A DNA stretch of 64,000 bases from Bacteroidia bacterium. GTDB lineage: Bacteria; Bacteroidota; Bacteroidia; UKL13-3. The notes beneath the pieces are model-generated. The model searched no databases and was not told where the DNA came from. It saw only the letters and a program-made list of their open reading frames with translations. Location of the stretch: positions 5,603-69,602 of the forward strand of contig JAGVLJ010000016.1 of assembly GCA_020049855.1 (NCBI GenBank). The letters run 5' to 3'. Position 1 is the stretch's first letter. The number at the start of each line of letters is the position of its first letter. The position numbers and the translations under genes are program-made. Positions 1 through 9,800 of this stretch are shown here, one piece after another.

Positions 1-1
1 A

Positions 2-685
2 ATTTACACCGGTATTTCATTGAGACCCTTTCCAAAATGGACAGTAAATGCGTATGCTGACGTATATAAATCGGAATGGCTAAAATACCTGACAGACGCC
101 CCTGCCTACGGTTATGATTACCTGGCCGAGGTAGTACACAACCCCTCTAAAAGTGTTCAAATGTACTGGCGCTACCGCAATGACAACAAAGAAAGAAATG
201 CCTATTCCAACAATACCATAAGCGATTATTTAACCTGGCATCGCAGATACACCTTTCGCTACCATATAGCGTATAAAGTATCCTCGTCAGTTACGCTTAA
301 AAACCGAATTGAATACACGGAATATCAAACCGAAAATACCAAAACCGAACAAGGTATGGTATTTTTTCAGGACATACTTTACAAGCCAATGATGGGTAAA
401 TGGGACATCATTGCCCGATTAGCCATTTTCGAGACAGATGGATACAACAGCCGCATTTATACCTATGAAAACGATTTGTTGTATCAATTTTCAGTTCCGG
501 CTTTACAAAATCAGGGAGCACGTTACTTCCTGTTAATAAACTATAAATTTAGTCGCAAAGCAGAATTCTGGGTGAAATTTGCCCATACGGTTTACGCCAA
601 TCAAAAAACTATTGGTACAGGGCTTGACGAGGTACAGGGAAACAAAAAGAGTGACCTTAAAATACAACTGAGAATCACCCTGTAA
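2..685 (+). CDS. 3' part of a Bacteroidota helix-hairpin-helix (ComEA-like)/outer-membrane beta-barrel protein; runs off the 5' edge
   Basis: Frame is open from position 2; amphipathic beta-strand pattern; C-terminal signature RIYTYENDLLYQFSVP...IGTGLDEVQGNKKSDLKIQLR typical of this family. Confidence 0.7.
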   Translation: MYTGISLRPFPKWTVNAYADVYKSEWLKYLTDAPAYGYDYLAEVVHNPSKSVQMYWRYRNDNKERNAYSNNTISDYLTWHRRYTFRYHIAYKVSSSVTLKNRIEYTEYQTENTKTEQGMVFFQDILYKPMMGKWDIIARLAIFETDGYNSRIYTYENDLLYQFSVPALQNQGARYFLLINYKFSRKAEFWVKFAHTVYANQKTIGTGLDEVQGNKKSDLKIQLRITL

Positions 686-740
686 GTGTGCATAAACTCC
701 TGTTTTTATTCACACACAGTTAACATTCTCCCTAAACAAG

Positions 741-748
741 TATTTTTG
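741..748 (+). promoter_or_regulatory. Bacteroidota sigma70 -7 element (TATTTTTG)
   Basis: Matches TAnnTTTG, 26 nt upstream of ATG 775. Confidence 0.6.
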
Positions 749-774
749 CGCCAGTTTTTAAAAAAAGTATTCTA

Positions 775-2019
775 ATGGATTTATTTGAAAAAATTGCTAA
801 ACGCCCTGGTCCGTTAGGCCAGCATGCCGATCGCAGTCACGGATATTACATGTTCCCGAAACTGGAAGGCCCCATTGGACCTCACATGAAATTTATGGGT
901 AAAGAACGACTTGTGTGGAGTTTGAACAATTACCTTGGGTTGGCCAATCATCCGGAGGTATTGAAAGCCGATGCTGAAGGTGCTGCCAAATTTGGGATGG
1001 CCTACCCAATGGGTGCCCGAATGATGAGTGGGAATAGTGACTACCATGAAGAGTTGGAAAGTGAATTGGCAAAGTTTATTGGCAAAGAAGATGTGATTCT
1101 GATGAACTACGGTTATCAGGGAATGGTGAGTGCCATAGACTGCCTTGTTGATCGTCATGATGTAATTGTTTATGACGCTGAATCGCATGCTTGTATTGTT
1201 GACGGAGTGCGCCTACATCAGGGAAAACGTTTTGTATACACACACAACAATATGGAGAGTTTGGAAAAACAGCTGGAGCGTGCCACGAGAATGGTGGGCG
1301 AAACAGGTGGTGCCATATTGGTAATTACGGAAGGAGTTTTTGGAATGTCGGGGGTGCAAGGCAACCTTAAAGGCATAGTTGAATTAAAGAAAAAGTTCAA
1401 CTTTCGCCTGTTTGTGGATGATGCACACGGCATAGGTACCATGGGAAAAACAGGTGCCGGAACCGGTGAAGAACAAGGCGTGATGGATCAAATTGATATT
1501 TACTTTGGAACATTCGCCAAATCATTTGCCGGGATTGGTGGTTTTATCGGAAGTTCTAAGAACATTGTTGATTTTCTGCGATACAATACGCGCTCACAAA
1601 TTTTTGCCAAATCACTCCCAATGCCAATGGTAATAGGAGCATTAAAACGGCTGGAACTTATTAGAACTCACCCTGAACTGAAAGATAATCTCTGGAGAAT
1701 TGTTCACGCATTGCAAAACGGATTAAAAGAAGCCGGGTTTAACATAGGTATTACTTCTTCGCCTGTTACTCCGGTAATTCTTTCGGGATCTATTCCGGAA
1801 GCAACCGCTTTAACGCACGACCTTCGAGAAAACTATGGTATTTTCTGCTCAATCGTAGTGTACCCGGTTATTCCTAAGGGCATGATTATTCTACGCATTA
1901 TTCCTACTGCTGTACATACACTGGAAGATGTAACCCAAACTATTCAGGCATTTAAAGAAGTGAAAGAAAAACTTACTGCCGGGAAATACAATGTGGATGA
2001 GATCGTGAAAATGATGTAA
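775..2019 (+). CDS. PLP-dependent alpha-oxoamine synthase, probably cysteate acyl-ACP transferase of sulfonolipid synthesis (SulA/CapB type)
   Basis: NNYLGL, DAESHAC, DDAHG and TFAKS (PLP Lys249) motifs; N-terminal FPKLEG and SQIFAKSLP (Lys279) fit the cysteate-specific clade as recalled. Confidence 0.75.
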   Translation: MDLFEKIAKRPGPLGQHADRSHGYYMFPKLEGPIGPHMKFMGKERLVWSLNNYLGLANHPEVLKADAEGAAKFGMAYPMGARMMSGNSDYHEELESELAKFIGKEDVILMNYGYQGMVSAIDCLVDRHDVIVYDAESHACIVDGVRLHQGKRFVYTHNNMESLEKQLERATRMVGETGGAILVITEGVFGMSGVQGNLKGIVELKKKFNFRLFVDDAHGIGTMGKTGAGTGEEQGVMDQIDIYFGTFAKSFAGIGGFIGSSKNIVDFLRYNTRSQIFAKSLPMPMVIGALKRLELIRTHPELKDNLWRIVHALQNGLKEAGFNIGITSSPVTPVILSGSIPEATALTHDLRENYGIFCSIVVYPVIPKGMIILRIIPTAVHTLEDVTQTIQAFKEVKEKLTAGKYNVDEIVKMM

Positions 2020-2035
2020 TTAATTTTTAAATACT

Positions 2036-2078
2036 AAAAGCACCAGATTCCTTTTAATGGATTTGGTGCTTTTGTTTT
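2036..2078 (+). terminator. Intrinsic terminator
   Basis: AAAAGCACCAGATTCC...GGATTTGGTGCTTTT hairpin plus T-tract, 16 nt after the stop. Confidence 0.8.
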
Positions 2079-2230
2079 ATATGCTACCCAGCTTAGAATC
2101 GTGAGTAGTCAATCTGCACTCAGGTAAATTTAATCTGCATTAGGTTAGGACAAGAATATTTTGATATTTTAAATTGTGCCCGCACCCAGAGGATCGCAGT
2201 AACGTGTTCGTTTTTTACTACTTTTGCCGC

Positions 2231-2710
2231 ATGTTTACCCGGCAAACACTTGAAGAATTTCTAAAGGAGCAGCTACCAGTTCACCTCAATGCCATCACTC
2301 CTGAACTAACACCTAAATGGGGTAAAATGAATGTGCAGCAAATGGTGGAACATTTGAGTTTTACATTTTTGATGGCCACCGGCACTTTTCAGGTAAAACT
2401 ATCAACTGAAATGGAAAAACTTCCGTTGTATAAACGCGTATTGATGAATGAAGAAAAAGATTTTCCAAAAGATTTTCAAAACCCGTTATTGCCCGCCAGC
2501 CCCATCCCTGTTTCAACGGCTAACCTGAATGAAGCCAAAACCGGATTGAAACAAAGCATGGACAAATTTTTCATTTTCTTTACTGAAAACCCCGAGGTGG
2601 TAACCCTCAATAATGTGTGGGGCGAACTGAATTACCTGGAGTGGATGGTGATGAACTACAAACATATTAAACACCACTTTGCCCAGTTTGGAGTAGAAAT
2701 ATGCCTTTAA
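2231..2710 (+). CDS. DinB-superfamily protein (DUF1569-like)
   Basis: WGKMNVQQMVEHL and HIKHHFAQFG motifs; start moved to ATG 2231, just after TACTTTTG (2219-2226). Confidence 0.75.
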   Translation: MFTRQTLEEFLKEQLPVHLNAITPELTPKWGKMNVQQMVEHLSFTFLMATGTFQVKLSTEMEKLPLYKRVLMNEEKDFPKDFQNPLLPASPIPVSTANLNEAKTGLKQSMDKFFIFFTENPEVVTLNNVWGELNYLEWMVMNYKHIKHHFAQFGVEICL

Positions 2711-2903
2711 ACATATTGCTTTTGCCATCTGCTCGCGGAAAAAGCCTTCCTGCATAGTTAAATTACTCTTCGCAATTATGATGATTGAGGAAGTTTTTGA
2801 TACGCTTGAAAACATTCGTGCGAATGTTTAAAATGGTGTGATGAGCGAAGAATAATAGTGCATAGAAACGAGATGCTGCAACCATATAAATGCAACAAAG
2901 AGG

Positions 2904-3478
2904 ATGTAAATAAATAAATCACTCCTACTAATACTCTGCTTATATTTTCCTTGACCACCCGCTGACAAAAACGGTTTCCAAGATTTAATTTGCATAACTA
3001 TAAACGGAGATGCCATCTCAAACAAAGCCCTTATTGGCAAATCAACCCTGATTATTGAAGAACATATGTCCTCTATTCTAGTGTGTTGTTTTTAGTCAAA
3101 GACATTCAGAAAGGATCCTTCGATACAATTCAAATCATTTCATTGCTGGAAAATTCAATGGAACAGATTCAAGCCTTTAATTCAACTGACACTAATGACA
3201 TCTGGTGTAGGATGAGACATCTGTTTAAACTTAGTCAAATAAATTTTGCGACTGTGACTTTCTGTAAAAAAGAAAAATAGGTACGAAAAAAGATCAAACT
3301 GTCGAGATTAAAAACCAATGCAATAAACTCAAAGTAAAATACTAAGCATTGAACGTAGCTCAAATATACATTACAAAATAATAATGGGTAAATTGTAAAT
3401 AAGCGGCCTGGGTGGTATATAAACTTGACTGCCCGTAAAACAACTATTTTGAAATTATTTAAACCTACCAACCGATAA
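2904..3478 (+). pseudogene. Heavily decayed secreted thioredoxin-fold (TlpA-like) gene remnant
   Basis: Stitched frames give a signal-like N-terminus, FQDLICITINGDAISNKALIGKSTLII, IQIISLLEN and NNNG*IVNKRPGW; multiple stops and frameshifts. Confidence 0.35.
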
Positions 3479-3554
3479 CTACAATAATGGCAACCTTAAT
3501 TTGTAACATGGCAACGGGAAAAATGTATTTTTGACGTGATAATTCATAATCCGG

Positions 3555-5105
3555 GTGAAGCGAACCATAAAATATTACAAAATAATTTGGCTTAAGCACG
3601 ACCTGCCTGCCGGACTTTCCGTTTTCCTTGTGGCACTACCGCTTTGTTTAGGCATTGCACTGGTATCGGGGGCACCGCTTTATGCCGGGCTGTTATCAGG
3701 CATTATAGGCGGACTTGTAGTAGCATTGCTGAGTGGTTCCCAACTTGCAGTTTCGGGGCCGGCCGCAGGACTCACCACCGTAATGGCCACCGCAATTATT
3801 TCGCTTGGCGACTACAAGGTTTTTCTGGTTGCCGTGATGATAGCCGGTTTGTTTCAACTTTTACTCGGGTTGTTAAAGCTCGGAGTGGTCGCAAACTATT
3901 TCCCTTCATCCGTTATCAAAGGAATGCTGGCAGCCATTGGCATTATTCTCATTTCAAAACAAATTCCACTGCTTATCGGTTACGATCAGCCTGATTTTTG
4001 GACAAGCGGTTTTGTTCAGCTTTTTTCTTCTAACAATTTATTGGGCAACTTTGAGCAGTTTAACCAAAACATGACAAGGGGTGCCATCCTCATAGCGCTT
4101 GTTTCCCTTGTTATTTTGGCGGTGCTTCAACAACCGTTTGCCAAAAAATTGAAAATAATTCCGGCACCGCTTTTAGTTGTTTTGTTTGGCATTGCTACCA
4201 ACCTTATTTTTACTGCTGCATCCTCTTCCTTCTCCCTTAAAGCAACACAATTAGTTAGTATTCCGTCTGATATTTTCGCCAATATTTCTTTCCCCGACTT
4301 TATAACAATTTTTACCTCCAGCGAAATTTGGAAATACGGACTGATTATAGGGGCACTAGCCACCTTAGAAACCCTGCTTTGCATTGAGGCCATTGATAAA
4401 TTGGACAGGCGAAACAGAATTACCCCCATCAATCGCGAACTTGTGGCACAAGGAATCGGAAATATAACCTGCGGGCTTTTAGGGGCAATTCCACTGACGG
4501 CCGTGGTAGTAAGAGGTGCTGCCAATATTGACGCAGGAGGAAGAACAAAACTGGCTGCATTTACGCATGGCGTTTTTCTGTTGCTTGCTGTGTTGTTGGT
4601 TCCTTCGTTACTCAATAAAATTCCTTATGCTTCGCTTGCAGCCATTTTGCTTGTTACGGGTTACAACCTCACCAAACCCAAACTTTACCGAAGCATGTGG
4701 AGCCTGGGATGGAAACAATTTTTACCATTTTTAATTACCATCCTCGTTGTGCTTGCCACCGACCTGCTCATAGGTGTGAGCATCGGACTTTTAATTTCCA
4801 TCTATTTTATCATTCAAAACAATTTCAAGGCAGAATACAAAATTACCCAAACGCAACATCAGGGCATTGAAACGTATTACATCAAACTGAACAGCAACGT
4901 AACTTTTTTGAACAAAGTACAATTAAGAAAAACGTTGGACGAAGTGGCTGAATACAGTGTGCTGACCATTGATGGCAGTGAATGTAATTTTATTGACCAC
5001 GACATTCTGGAAATTATCAGTGAATACAGCAACAAAGCCCATGACAGGCATATTTCATTGCACCTGAAAGGAATAAAAAAGGTAAATGTGACGGCATTGC
5101 ACTAA
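3555..5105 (+). CDS. SulP (SLC26) family anion/bicarbonate permease with STAS-like C-terminus
   Basis: DLPAGLSVFLVALPLCLGIA, VSGPAAGL, ETLLCIEAIDKLD and NRELVAQGIGN motifs. Confidence 0.92.
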   Translation: MKRTIKYYKIIWLKHDLPAGLSVFLVALPLCLGIALVSGAPLYAGLLSGIIGGLVVALLSGSQLAVSGPAAGLTTVMATAIISLGDYKVFLVAVMIAGLFQLLLGLLKLGVVANYFPSSVIKGMLAAIGIILISKQIPLLIGYDQPDFWTSGFVQLFSSNNLLGNFEQFNQNMTRGAILIALVSLVILAVLQQPFAKKLKIIPAPLLVVLFGIATNLIFTAASSSFSLKATQLVSIPSDIFANISFPDFITIFTSSEIWKYGLIIGALATLETLLCIEAIDKLDRRNRITPINRELVAQGIGNITCGLLGAIPLTAVVVRGAANIDAGGRTKLAAFTHGVFLLLAVLLVPSLLNKIPYASLAAILLVTGYNLTKPKLYRSMWSLGWKQFLPFLITILVVLATDLLIGVSIGLLISIYFIIQNNFKAEYKITQTQHQGIETYYIKLNSNVTFLNKVQLRKTLDEVAEYSVLTIDGSECNFIDHDILEIISEYSNKAHDRHISLHLKGIKKVNVTALH

Positions 5106-5146
5106 CAGTTAAGACCGGGGAAAATTTCTTAGATTTTTAGTATAGG

Positions 5147-6394
5147 TTAAGCCGACATGGTAAAGCTATCCGCCATATGTTGCGCTGCAATCCACGAGGT
5201 GGTCCAGGCCGATTGGAAATTAAATCCACCTGTAACACCGTCTATATTCAGCAGTTCTCCGGCCACATAAAGTCCGGGCACTTTTTTACATTCCATACTT
5301 TTAAAATCTACCTCTTTAAGGTTTATACCACCGGCTGTTACAAACTCCTCTTTAAACGTATTTTTTCCGATAATCTTTACTTCCTGCCTGCATAGAAGTT
5401 CGGTGAGTTTGTTCAGTTGTTTGTTGCCGGTATCAGCCCATCGTTGCTCTTCCCAAATCCCGCATTTCAGCAAAAAATAATTCCAAAGGCGCTGCGGAAA
5501 TATGCCTGGTTTGGCATTAGCTGCCAGCTTCTTTTCGTTGGCCTGTTTTAATTCGGTGAGCATGGTTCTGATTGCTTCCTGACCCATCCCTCCTGCCCAA
5601 TTAATACCTAACGTAAACTGGTAGTTGCATTGATGAAACACGATGGCTCCGAAAGCCGAAAGTTTTAATACTGCCGGACCACTTAACCCCTGGTGCGTGA
5701 TAAGCAAAGGCCCTTTAAATTTTTGCTTCTGTAACGAAGAACTTACCTCTGCCTCCTCTACCGAAATGCCGGGTAACGAAGTAAGTTCCGAATCATTTAC
5801 AATAAAAGTAAAAAGAGAGGGCACGGGATCAATCATCTGAATGCCTAACGTTTCAATAAACGCATACGAAGTTTTTTTGGCAAACCCGCCACAGGCCAGC
5901 AACAGGTTTTTGCTATGATACACCTGATTGGATGCTTGCAATTCAAACATATCGGTTTGCCTGTGAATATAAGTTACGGTAACACCGATTTGTATTTCCA
6001 CACCATATTTCCGGGCTTCGGTCATCAGCACATCAATCACCGATTGCGACTTATCCGTTACCGGAAACATTCGCCCGTCTGCCTCCGTTTTTAGTTTCAG
6101 TCCACGGCTTTCAAACCATTCAACCGTATCCTTTGGCTGAAAGCGCATAAAGGCCTGTAACAGCTCCTTGCCTCCGCGTGGGTAATATTTCACCAACTCA
6201 GTAGGGTCGAAACAGCGGTGAGTTACGTTGCACCTGCCCCCACCCGAAACGGCCACTTTACTTAATAACTTTTGAGATTTTTCCAATATCAACACGCGTG
6301 CCCCGGGTTTTGCCAGAGCAAAATTTACAGCACCAAAAAAACCGGCAGCCCCGCCACCAATTACAATCAAATCATATACACGTGTCTGTTTCAT
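5147..6394 (-). CDS. HI0933/YhiN-family flavoprotein (NAD(P)/FAD oxidoreductase)
   Basis: VIGGGAAG, SGGGRCNVT, EFVTAGG and GELLNIDGVTGGFNFQSAW; start probably ATG 6394. Confidence 0.9.
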   Translation of the reverse strand: MKQTRVYDLIVIGGGAAGFFGAVNFALAKPGARVLILEKSQKLLSKVAVSGGGRCNVTHRCFDPTELVKYYPRGGKELLQAFMRFQPKDTVEWFESRGLKLKTEADGRMFPVTDKSQSVIDVLMTEARKYGVEIQIGVTVTYIHRQTDMFELQASNQVYHSKNLLLACGGFAKKTSYAFIETLGIQMIDPVPSLFTFIVNDSELTSLPGISVEEAEVSSSLQKQKFKGPLLITHQGLSGPAVLKLSAFGAIVFHQCNYQFTLGINWAGGMGQEAIRTMLTELKQANEKKLAANAKPGIFPQRLWNYFLLKCGIWEEQRWADTGNKQLNKLTELLCRQEVKIIGKNTFKEEFVTAGGINLKEVDFKSMECKKVPGLYVAGELLNIDGVTGGFNFQSAWTTSWIAAQHMADSFTMSA

Positions 6395-6464
6395 TAAAAA
6401 AGAGAAAGCCCCCAAAGGTCATAAAAACCCGAGAGCTTCCCGTAACGATGATGATGAAAAGTTT

Positions 6465-7382
6465 TTAAAAGTCGAAGTCGTTAATCACAATACCAAAGGA
6501 AACCGGATACAATTCGGGGCCTTTTCCTTTTTCAAACATGGTTGACAGCGAGTAACTGCCATATAAACTTACTTTACCAAACCCGATTTTAACATTTAGC
6601 CCATAAGCCAATTTTTGAATATTAAGGTCTGAATAATTTTTATCTTTCCCGTCTTTGTTGCTTACCTGCTTGGTATGTGCGTTGAGCAAATAGCCTATAT
6701 AAGGTCCTGCGGCCATGCGAAATGAGCGTTTCTGCTTATCCGGGTTCGATTCAAACTGAAATCCGAACGGAACAGTGAGGTAGGTAGTTGTTAATTTATT
6801 CTTTTTTAAAGGAAGGGTTGAAGGAAGGGTAAGCAACGAATCATTAAATTTATTCAGCGATATATCTTCATTAAACCTGTAATTATTGTAGTTGATAGTA
6901 AACCCGTAATACATCCACCATTTTCTGTTTTTGCTTAAATGAATGGCCTGATCATACAGGTGCAAATTCACATTTATTGATTTGCTCGGATTCAAATCAA
7001 ACGGGGCTAATGCTTTGGGCATATTCATTGAGCCATTGTATAGATAATTATTAAAGCCAAGGTCGAGGCGCATTGAATTTGAAATTATCTTTTTATCTTT
7101 TTTAGAAACTTTATTCTTTACAATAATAGAATCAATGTCAAGAACGGTATCCTTGCATCCGGTGCACGGCTTTTGTTTATTTTTATTATAGATGCGAATA
7201 TTTCCCAACTGAACAAAAGAATCTGAACCGGAATTCGTATCCAAATCGCGCAGTTTCTTTAATTCTTCCTCTTGCTTTTTGAGCACATTTTTAAGCGAGT
7301 CTAATTCTGCTTTTTCATTTTTCTGGGCAAAAACTCCCCCTGTTAGCAACACAATGGCTGCTGTTAAAATTATCATTTTCAT
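6465..7382 (-). CDS. Secreted protein with outer-membrane beta-barrel (PorT/OMP_b-brl-like)
   Basis: Signal peptide (VFA|Q), KNKLTTTYLTVP, alternating beta-strands, C-terminal Phe. Confidence 0.75.
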   Translation of the reverse strand: MKMIILTAAIVLLTGGVFAQKNEKAELDSLKNVLKKQEEELKKLRDLDTNSGSDSFVQLGNIRIYNKNKQKPCTGCKDTVLDIDSIIVKNKVSKKDKKIISNSMRLDLGFNNYLYNGSMNMPKALAPFDLNPSKSINVNLHLYDQAIHLSKNRKWWMYYGFTINYNNYRFNEDISLNKFNDSLLTLPSTLPLKKNKLTTTYLTVPFGFQFESNPDKQKRSFRMAAGPYIGYLLNAHTKQVSNKDGKDKNYSDLNIQKLAYGLNVKIGFGKVSLYGSYSLSTMFEKGKGPELYPVSFGIVINDFDF

Positions 7383-7399
7383 ATTCGTAATGTTTATTT

Positions 7400-8263
7400 T
7401 TACAATCCTGCTACCAGTTTTAACTTTTGATTTTCCAAATGGATGATGTATCTGGTTTTTTCATCCACTTTCACTTTTTCAATTTTCATTTTGGGTTTAG
7501 TAAAATACCCAAGTAAATTTTCAAGCCTGCCTTCTACTATATCTTTCAATGGCACATGTGTATGTTGCCGAGTGTAGGCAGGCATATGGGTTTTATCCGG
7601 AACTTGTGGTGTTTTAACTGAATCTACAATAGCAAGTACCGGTTGTTCTGACTGAATTAAAATTTTAGCGGGAATATCCTTTTTTATAACCCCCGAAGTA
7701 TCATAAGTAAATGCTTTCAGGCTATTATCTTCGGCAACAGGTTGCCGAACGGGTCTTGGAGCAGGCTTTTCCCATCGTTTATATTTTGGCCTTACTCCGG
7801 AGCGATTGAACGAAGGCGCTTTCCCTGTTTTTAACCCTTCCATATTGCCATTATAATTATCCGACTCCCGAGTTTGTGTTCTTGTTGAATCCGGAGCAGG
7901 TAATATCATTTCTTCCTTCGGCTTATTGCCTTCTGTTGCTGCCAAATGCTCCTTTTGATTGGAGCTTTTATTCATCCACATAAAAAAGGCTAATAATACA
8001 CAGGCTGCAACTGAATAGGGAGCCAGTTTGCGCCATATCGGAAGGGAAATAATTTTGGTATCCCCTTTTTTAAGCTGCTCCTTTCCTTCAAATACAATTG
8101 CATCCCCGGCATCTAAAAAACTGTTCTGAAACAATTCAAGTTCATTCAGTAATTCGGGACTTGAATGAACAAAAGCCATCACTTCTTTCCGCTCTGTTTC
8201 ATTGAGGTTACCCTCGACCAAATCAAAAAAGTGCTGTTCGTAATTTTGCTTATTGATATTCAT
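7400..8263 (-). CDS. Putative membrane-spanning anti-sigma factor
   Basis: N-terminal INKQNYEQHFFDLVEGNL...V..F anti-sigma-like domain; single TM (YSVAACVLLAFFMW); 4-bp overlap with the ECF sigma gene. Confidence 0.7.
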   Translation of the reverse strand: MNINKQNYEQHFFDLVEGNLNETERKEVMAFVHSSPELLNELELFQNSFLDAGDAIVFEGKEQLKKGDTKIISLPIWRKLAPYSVAACVLLAFFMWMNKSSNQKEHLAATEGNKPKEEMILPAPDSTRTQTRESDNYNGNMEGLKTGKAPSFNRSGVRPKYKRWEKPAPRPVRQPVAEDNSLKAFTYDTSGVIKKDIPAKILIQSEQPVLAIVDSVKTPQVPDKTHMPAYTRQHTHVPLKDIVEGRLENLLGYFTKPKMKIEKVKVDEKTRYIIHLENQKLKLVAGL

Positions 8264-8751
8264 ATTACAGCCTCCATCTTTCCAATATAATTTTTAATAA
8301 AAACCCGTGCTCTGAATAAATACACTTTTACCTGTGAAAGGTTAAGTCCGGTAATCCGGGCAATTTCATCGTAGCTGTATCCCTCATAATCCCGTAACAT
8401 TAACACCGAACGCTGCTCGTCCGAAAGTTGGGCTGCTGCTTTGTTTACCATTTGTTTTACCTCTTTGTTCTGATAACTTTTGTGTTCGCTTGTGTGGTTC
8501 ATGACGGCTTCCTCCATGTTTACAAATCGCTGGCTGTATTTAATTTCATCAATCATCAAATGGTAGGCGATAGTAAACAAATATGATTTAGCTTTTTCTG
8601 CCTCAATATCGTGGTGACGTACCCACATTTTTTCAAAGGCAGACTGCACCACGCTGCGTGCTGTATCGGCATCTTTCAGGTTCTTTGACAGAAACCGGAA
8701 AACTCCGTCAGCAAATTCTTCCACACACTTGTTGTACTCGTCTTTTGTCAT
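8260..8751 (-). CDS. ECF-family RNA polymerase sigma-70 factor
   Basis: Region 2 (VVQSAFEKMW, KSYLFTIAYH) and region 4 (LRDYEGYSYDEIA...VKVYLFRAR); start probably ATG 8751. Confidence 0.93.
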   Translation of the reverse strand: MTKDEYNKCVEEFADGVFRFLSKNLKDADTARSVVQSAFEKMWVRHHDIEAEKAKSYLFTIAYHLMIDEIKYSQRFVNMEEAVMNHTSEHKSYQNKEVKQMVNKAAAQLSDEQRSVLMLRDYEGYSYDEIARITGLNLSQVKVYLFRARVFIKNYIGKMEAVI

Positions 8752-8904
8752 TTTGCCGTACGACCCTTTAGGTATCCATAAAGTTACAGGAGTTGCTACT
8801 TTAATTTTCAACTACTTGGTTTTAAAATAAATAAAATTGCTCAAAGATAATCTTTGAGACCTGCTTTAAGTTGCTAACTTTGTTCGTGAACAAAAAAAAC
8901 GCGT

Positions 8905-9753
8905 ATGAGAAGATTAGTTAGCCTTTTATTAATTGTGCTCTTTGCATTTAGAGCTCAGGCACAGTTTGGACATCAAACCAAAGAAATACTTGAAAAAATA
9001 AAAGAAACCGAGCTTGTGGTTATCTTAAGTGACGACTCGACCGACATGTATAATACCAGTATTCAAAAAGCGATACACAACTATTGGAAACTTACTCCGG
9101 CCAAATTTGTAAAAGCGGCTGCCGCCACCGAATATACTAAGAAGAAAGAAGGCTACACGTATTTAATAATGGTAAAAAGTGCCGGGGCCAAAATAAAATG
9201 TAAATGTGCTACATCAGAACTTGAAATGACCGGAATTGTGTTAACTACCAAATACAAAAAGGGTAAAATTACGCTTCCCGATATTGCGGCCTCGGCCCTA
9301 ATTGACGGCAAATTTGGAGCCACACAGGAAGAATATGATGCCCAGTTTATACGTGCCATTCAGTTTGTAAACAACTTTTTTGACTACGTAAATGATGCTG
9401 AAAACGATAAGGCACTTGCCTATGAAACCATGCAGAAAAAATATCCAGGTGATAAGACGCTAGCGGAGGGGAAAAAAATGCTGATTGATAAAAAAATGGT
9501 TGACGAAAAACAAAAAGAAGCGATTGAAAAATTATGGGATGGGGAAGTTGAATTCGTAGATGCGAAAGAAATTGTCAAAGCGATTTTAACCCAAAATGAG
9601 GAAATCGTTTATTGGGCCGCCCCAATGTTTGAGTTAGATACACATCGAATGTTTATTATGGCCAAGGATGGAAAAATTGTTTATTACGAAGTTACCGGTC
9701 CGGAAAAAAACATGGTGAGTGCCAAAGACGTGGGTAAACTGATGAAAAAATAA
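8905..9753 (+). CDS. Hypothetical secreted protein
   Basis: 282-aa ORF with signal peptide (AQA|Q); TAACTTTG promoter at 8875-8882. Confidence 0.75.
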   Translation: MRRLVSLLLIVLFAFRAQAQFGHQTKEILEKIKETELVVILSDDSTDMYNTSIQKAIHNYWKLTPAKFVKAAAATEYTKKKEGYTYLIMVKSAGAKIKCKCATSELEMTGIVLTTKYKKGKITLPDIAASALIDGKFGATQEEYDAQFIRAIQFVNNFFDYVNDAENDKALAYETMQKKYPGDKTLAEGKKMLIDKKMVDEKQKEAIEKLWDGEVEFVDAKEIVKAILTQNEEIVYWAAPMFELDTHRMFIMAKDGKIVYYEVTGPEKNMVSAKDVGKLMKK

Positions 9754-9800
9754 ATAACCGATTTTTAGTACGGAGAGAGGTTAGTAACGACCTCATTTTT

